From: Lama guanicoe
Taxonomy: Eukaryota
NCBI GenBank assembly: GCA_013239625.1
Contig: MU053304.1
Span: forward strand, 1,798,001-1,862,000
Length of the DNA: 64,000 nucleotides
Direction of reading: 5' to 3'
Shown here: positions 61,973 to 64,000 of the stretch, piece by piece
Layout: the number at the start of each line of letters is the position of its first letter
Numbering within the stretch: the stretch's first letter is position 1
The notes under the pieces: model-generated
What the model was told of the DNA's origin: nothing
Databases searched by the model: none
The model's input: only the letters and a program-made list of their open reading frames with translations
Position numbers and translations under genes: made by a program

Positions 61973-62178
61973 GGGCTGGCGGAGGGTGCAGCTCAAGTGG
62001 TAGAGCGCATGCTTGCAGCATTCACGAGGTCCCGGGTTCAATCTCCAGTACCTCCTCTAAGGATAAATAAACCTAATTACCTCCCTACCCCAACCCTCGC
62101 CAAAGTAAAATAATTAAATAATACAATAATAAATATTTAAAAATTAAAAAAGAATAGTTAAAAAATTAAAAAAAAAAA
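61973..62178 (+). mobile_element. Vic-1-like SINE (sense copy), nested in an MLT1-like element
   Basis: A box (agctcaagtggtagag), B box (gggttcaatctcc), A-rich tail; TSD GAA(T/C)TGAAGATG at 61961-61972 and 62179-62190. Confidence 0.9.
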
Positions 62179-63454
62179 GAACTGAAGATGAAGCTGAGCA
62201 ATTGACCTTGGCAAGAAGGGAGCCAGGGTGGGCAGGGAAGCAGGAACCACTCTTAGGACGACTCAGCCTCTGTCCTCCAGTCACTTGACTCATGACTGGA
62301 ATTAGAGACAGGCTGAATGGGCTGGCCAGGTCGTGGGGCGACCTTCGGGCCAGACTGACAGTCCACTGAGCTTCCCCAAGGGAAGTCTTCTTCGTGCTCA
62401 CTCCAGATGAAGGGCAAATGGAGGAGAGGCAAGCAAAACCAATGTATGCCCCCTACATTCTGTGCTTCTCCCAGGCTGCAGAGATGCTACAGAAAGCATT
62501 GCACAGTTGTCCATGGTGATGGGCCCCAGGGCCCTTCAGAACCAGCAGGAAAGTGAGGAAGGGACTCAGACCAGACACTGTCAGGTGAGGCAAGCGGCAG
62601 CTTGGAAGTAACAGTGGACAGTGACTGGGTAACGCTGGGCAGGCAGGCAGAGGGCATTCTGGCGGGAGAGTGGTATCAGGTAATGCAAATACCACAGAAA
62701 GAAGTGTGCAAGCAGGCGTGTGTAGGGGCCGGTGGAAAGCAGGGGATTCACGTAGGGTTGGTAGCAGGGGTGAAGAGCTGGGATTTGGCATCAAGATGCT
62801 CCTCATTTCAGGAGAGAGGATCTGGCATTGCAATCCTGGTCTCCCCAGGAAGCTCTATTCTGATGGAGTCTGTGGGGGAAGGCTGCTTGTCAGGACTAGC
62901 CCCAAGCAAGACTGTCAAACAGGGAAATGCATTTTCATTTGGAAAATCCTTCCCTTCGCTTGGTGATGATTGTCTCCATTACAGCGTAGAGCAGACAGTA
63001 CTCTTTTTGTTTTGTCTCTTCTAAGCTGCCTTCAAAAGCTGGGTCAGATACTTCATTCACACTACGGTGTGAGTAAATGAGACTAGCTTAGTGGGGATAT
63101 TTGCATTTTTCACCAGGAGTGGGGAAACCCAAGAGCTGAATCTCTAGGCAATGGGATCTCTAGTTGGCGCGTGTGGGAGAGTAGTAACAGATGAATTTGT
63201 GTTGCGGGGTGTTGGGTTCACCTGGAAGTTAAGCTATTGATTTTGATGCTCTTAAGAGAAGCTGTGAGAAGGAAGAGCAGAATGGGAAGAGTTAAGGACA
63301 GTTGTCCTTAATTCTTTGTCAAGTGTAATGACCCCCAGGTGTTAGATCTTCTGTGCCATCACATTGTCGGCTATAAATATAACCCTCCTTTTGATGATCT
63401 CAGTTGCCGTCCTCCTGGTACAATTCCGCGATGCTCTTAGCTGAAATCAATTGT

Positions 63455-63640
63455 GTGTCGGAGCTGGCTCCTGCTAGCTTGCAAGGGTGACACTGTGCAT
63501 CTCCTTCTGATCTGGAGTTCAGGGACACACTGGTAGCTGAAAATTAGGCATGGTGGGAGCATTTACACCATGGAAATTGGAATTGCTTTAAGGCAGACTT
63601 TTTTTTCAGAGAGTTGGCTGATAAACATTTATCTGCATAT
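63455..63640. mobile_element. MER63-like element
   Basis: ggcatggtgggagcatttacaccatggaaattgg...gttggctgataaacattta; similar to 35945-36133. Confidence 0.6.
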
Positions 63641-64000
63641 AACTGGATAGAATTCATTCTGAAGCATTGCTTTTACATACCTAATGCTCTCTCTCCTGCA
63701 GAGGAGAACATTTTAATACGTGATACTGATAAGCGTATACAATGTGTAGTTAAACTTTTCAAAGCACCTTTCTATTTACCCTTTGCTATTAGCTTTTTTC
63801 ATCTTAAAAAAAATGCTGTTTTCTGATTGCAGTAGAAATGCATCCTGAAAGGACTGGGGATTAGAAGAGTGGAGAGTGTCAGCCAAGACCCTTTTAACCT
63901 GCTGTTGTTGTCTGGCGTTTTCTCACGTCCTCCTCTCTCCTGGTCTGTGTTCCTGGAAAGAATGACAAGTGTCAGCCACCTGTTCCGTCTAATGAGTTCA

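Larger units (their letters stand above)
6145..64000 (+). other. DNER: DNER intron 1 (5' part; extends past the window end)
   Basis: Starts with GTGAGT. No downstream Cys-rich EGF exon (expected LVADPCASNPC...) was found in the ORF track or by reading. Repeat-rich non-coding composition. Confidence 0.85.

Noticed and set aside
61978..62065. tRNA-Ala-like gene
   Set aside because: It is the head of a SINE, with a tRNA-unrelated body, A-rich tail, TSD and seven sister copies.
62506..62522. Minus-strand RE1-like GTTGTCCATGGTGATGG
   Set aside because: Three mismatches, all at core positions of the two half-sites.
1..64000. CRISPR arrays, operons or other prokaryote-type systems; foreign inserted DNA
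   Set aside because: No regularly spaced repeat-spacer structure, dense coding or compositional break. The whole window is consistent with a mammalian promoter plus a long intron.

Overview
Mammalian genomic DNA, most likely camelid (alpaca/llama/camel), judged from eight copies of a tRNA-Ala-derived SINE resembling camelid Vic-1. The only protein-coding sequence I can support is coding exon 1 of DNER (Delta/Notch-like EGF repeat containing), + strand 5869-6144. It encodes a signal peptide and the first EGF domain and lies in a CpG island with a TATA-less GC-box promoter. About 5.7 kb of upstream DNA precedes it, and the rest of the window (>57 kb) is intron 1; no exon 2 was recognised. The intron is filled with SINEs, L1/L2/MIR fragments, ERVL/MaLR LTRs and Tigger/MER DNA transposons. 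The other tracked ORFs are spurious apart from one L1 ORF2 remnant. I see no convincing wholly new biological system. The best leads are regulatory or RNA-processing candidates: a recursive-splice/poison-exon-like arrangement at 44.5-44.8 kb, a tandem TACTAAC (QKI/branch-point) element at 7.05 kb, a promoter RE1/REST-like site, and two identical RFX X-boxes, one clustered with SOX and octamer motifs. There are also several unusual retrotransposition scars. Repeat family names and orthologue comparisons come from recalled consensus sequences, not from searches.
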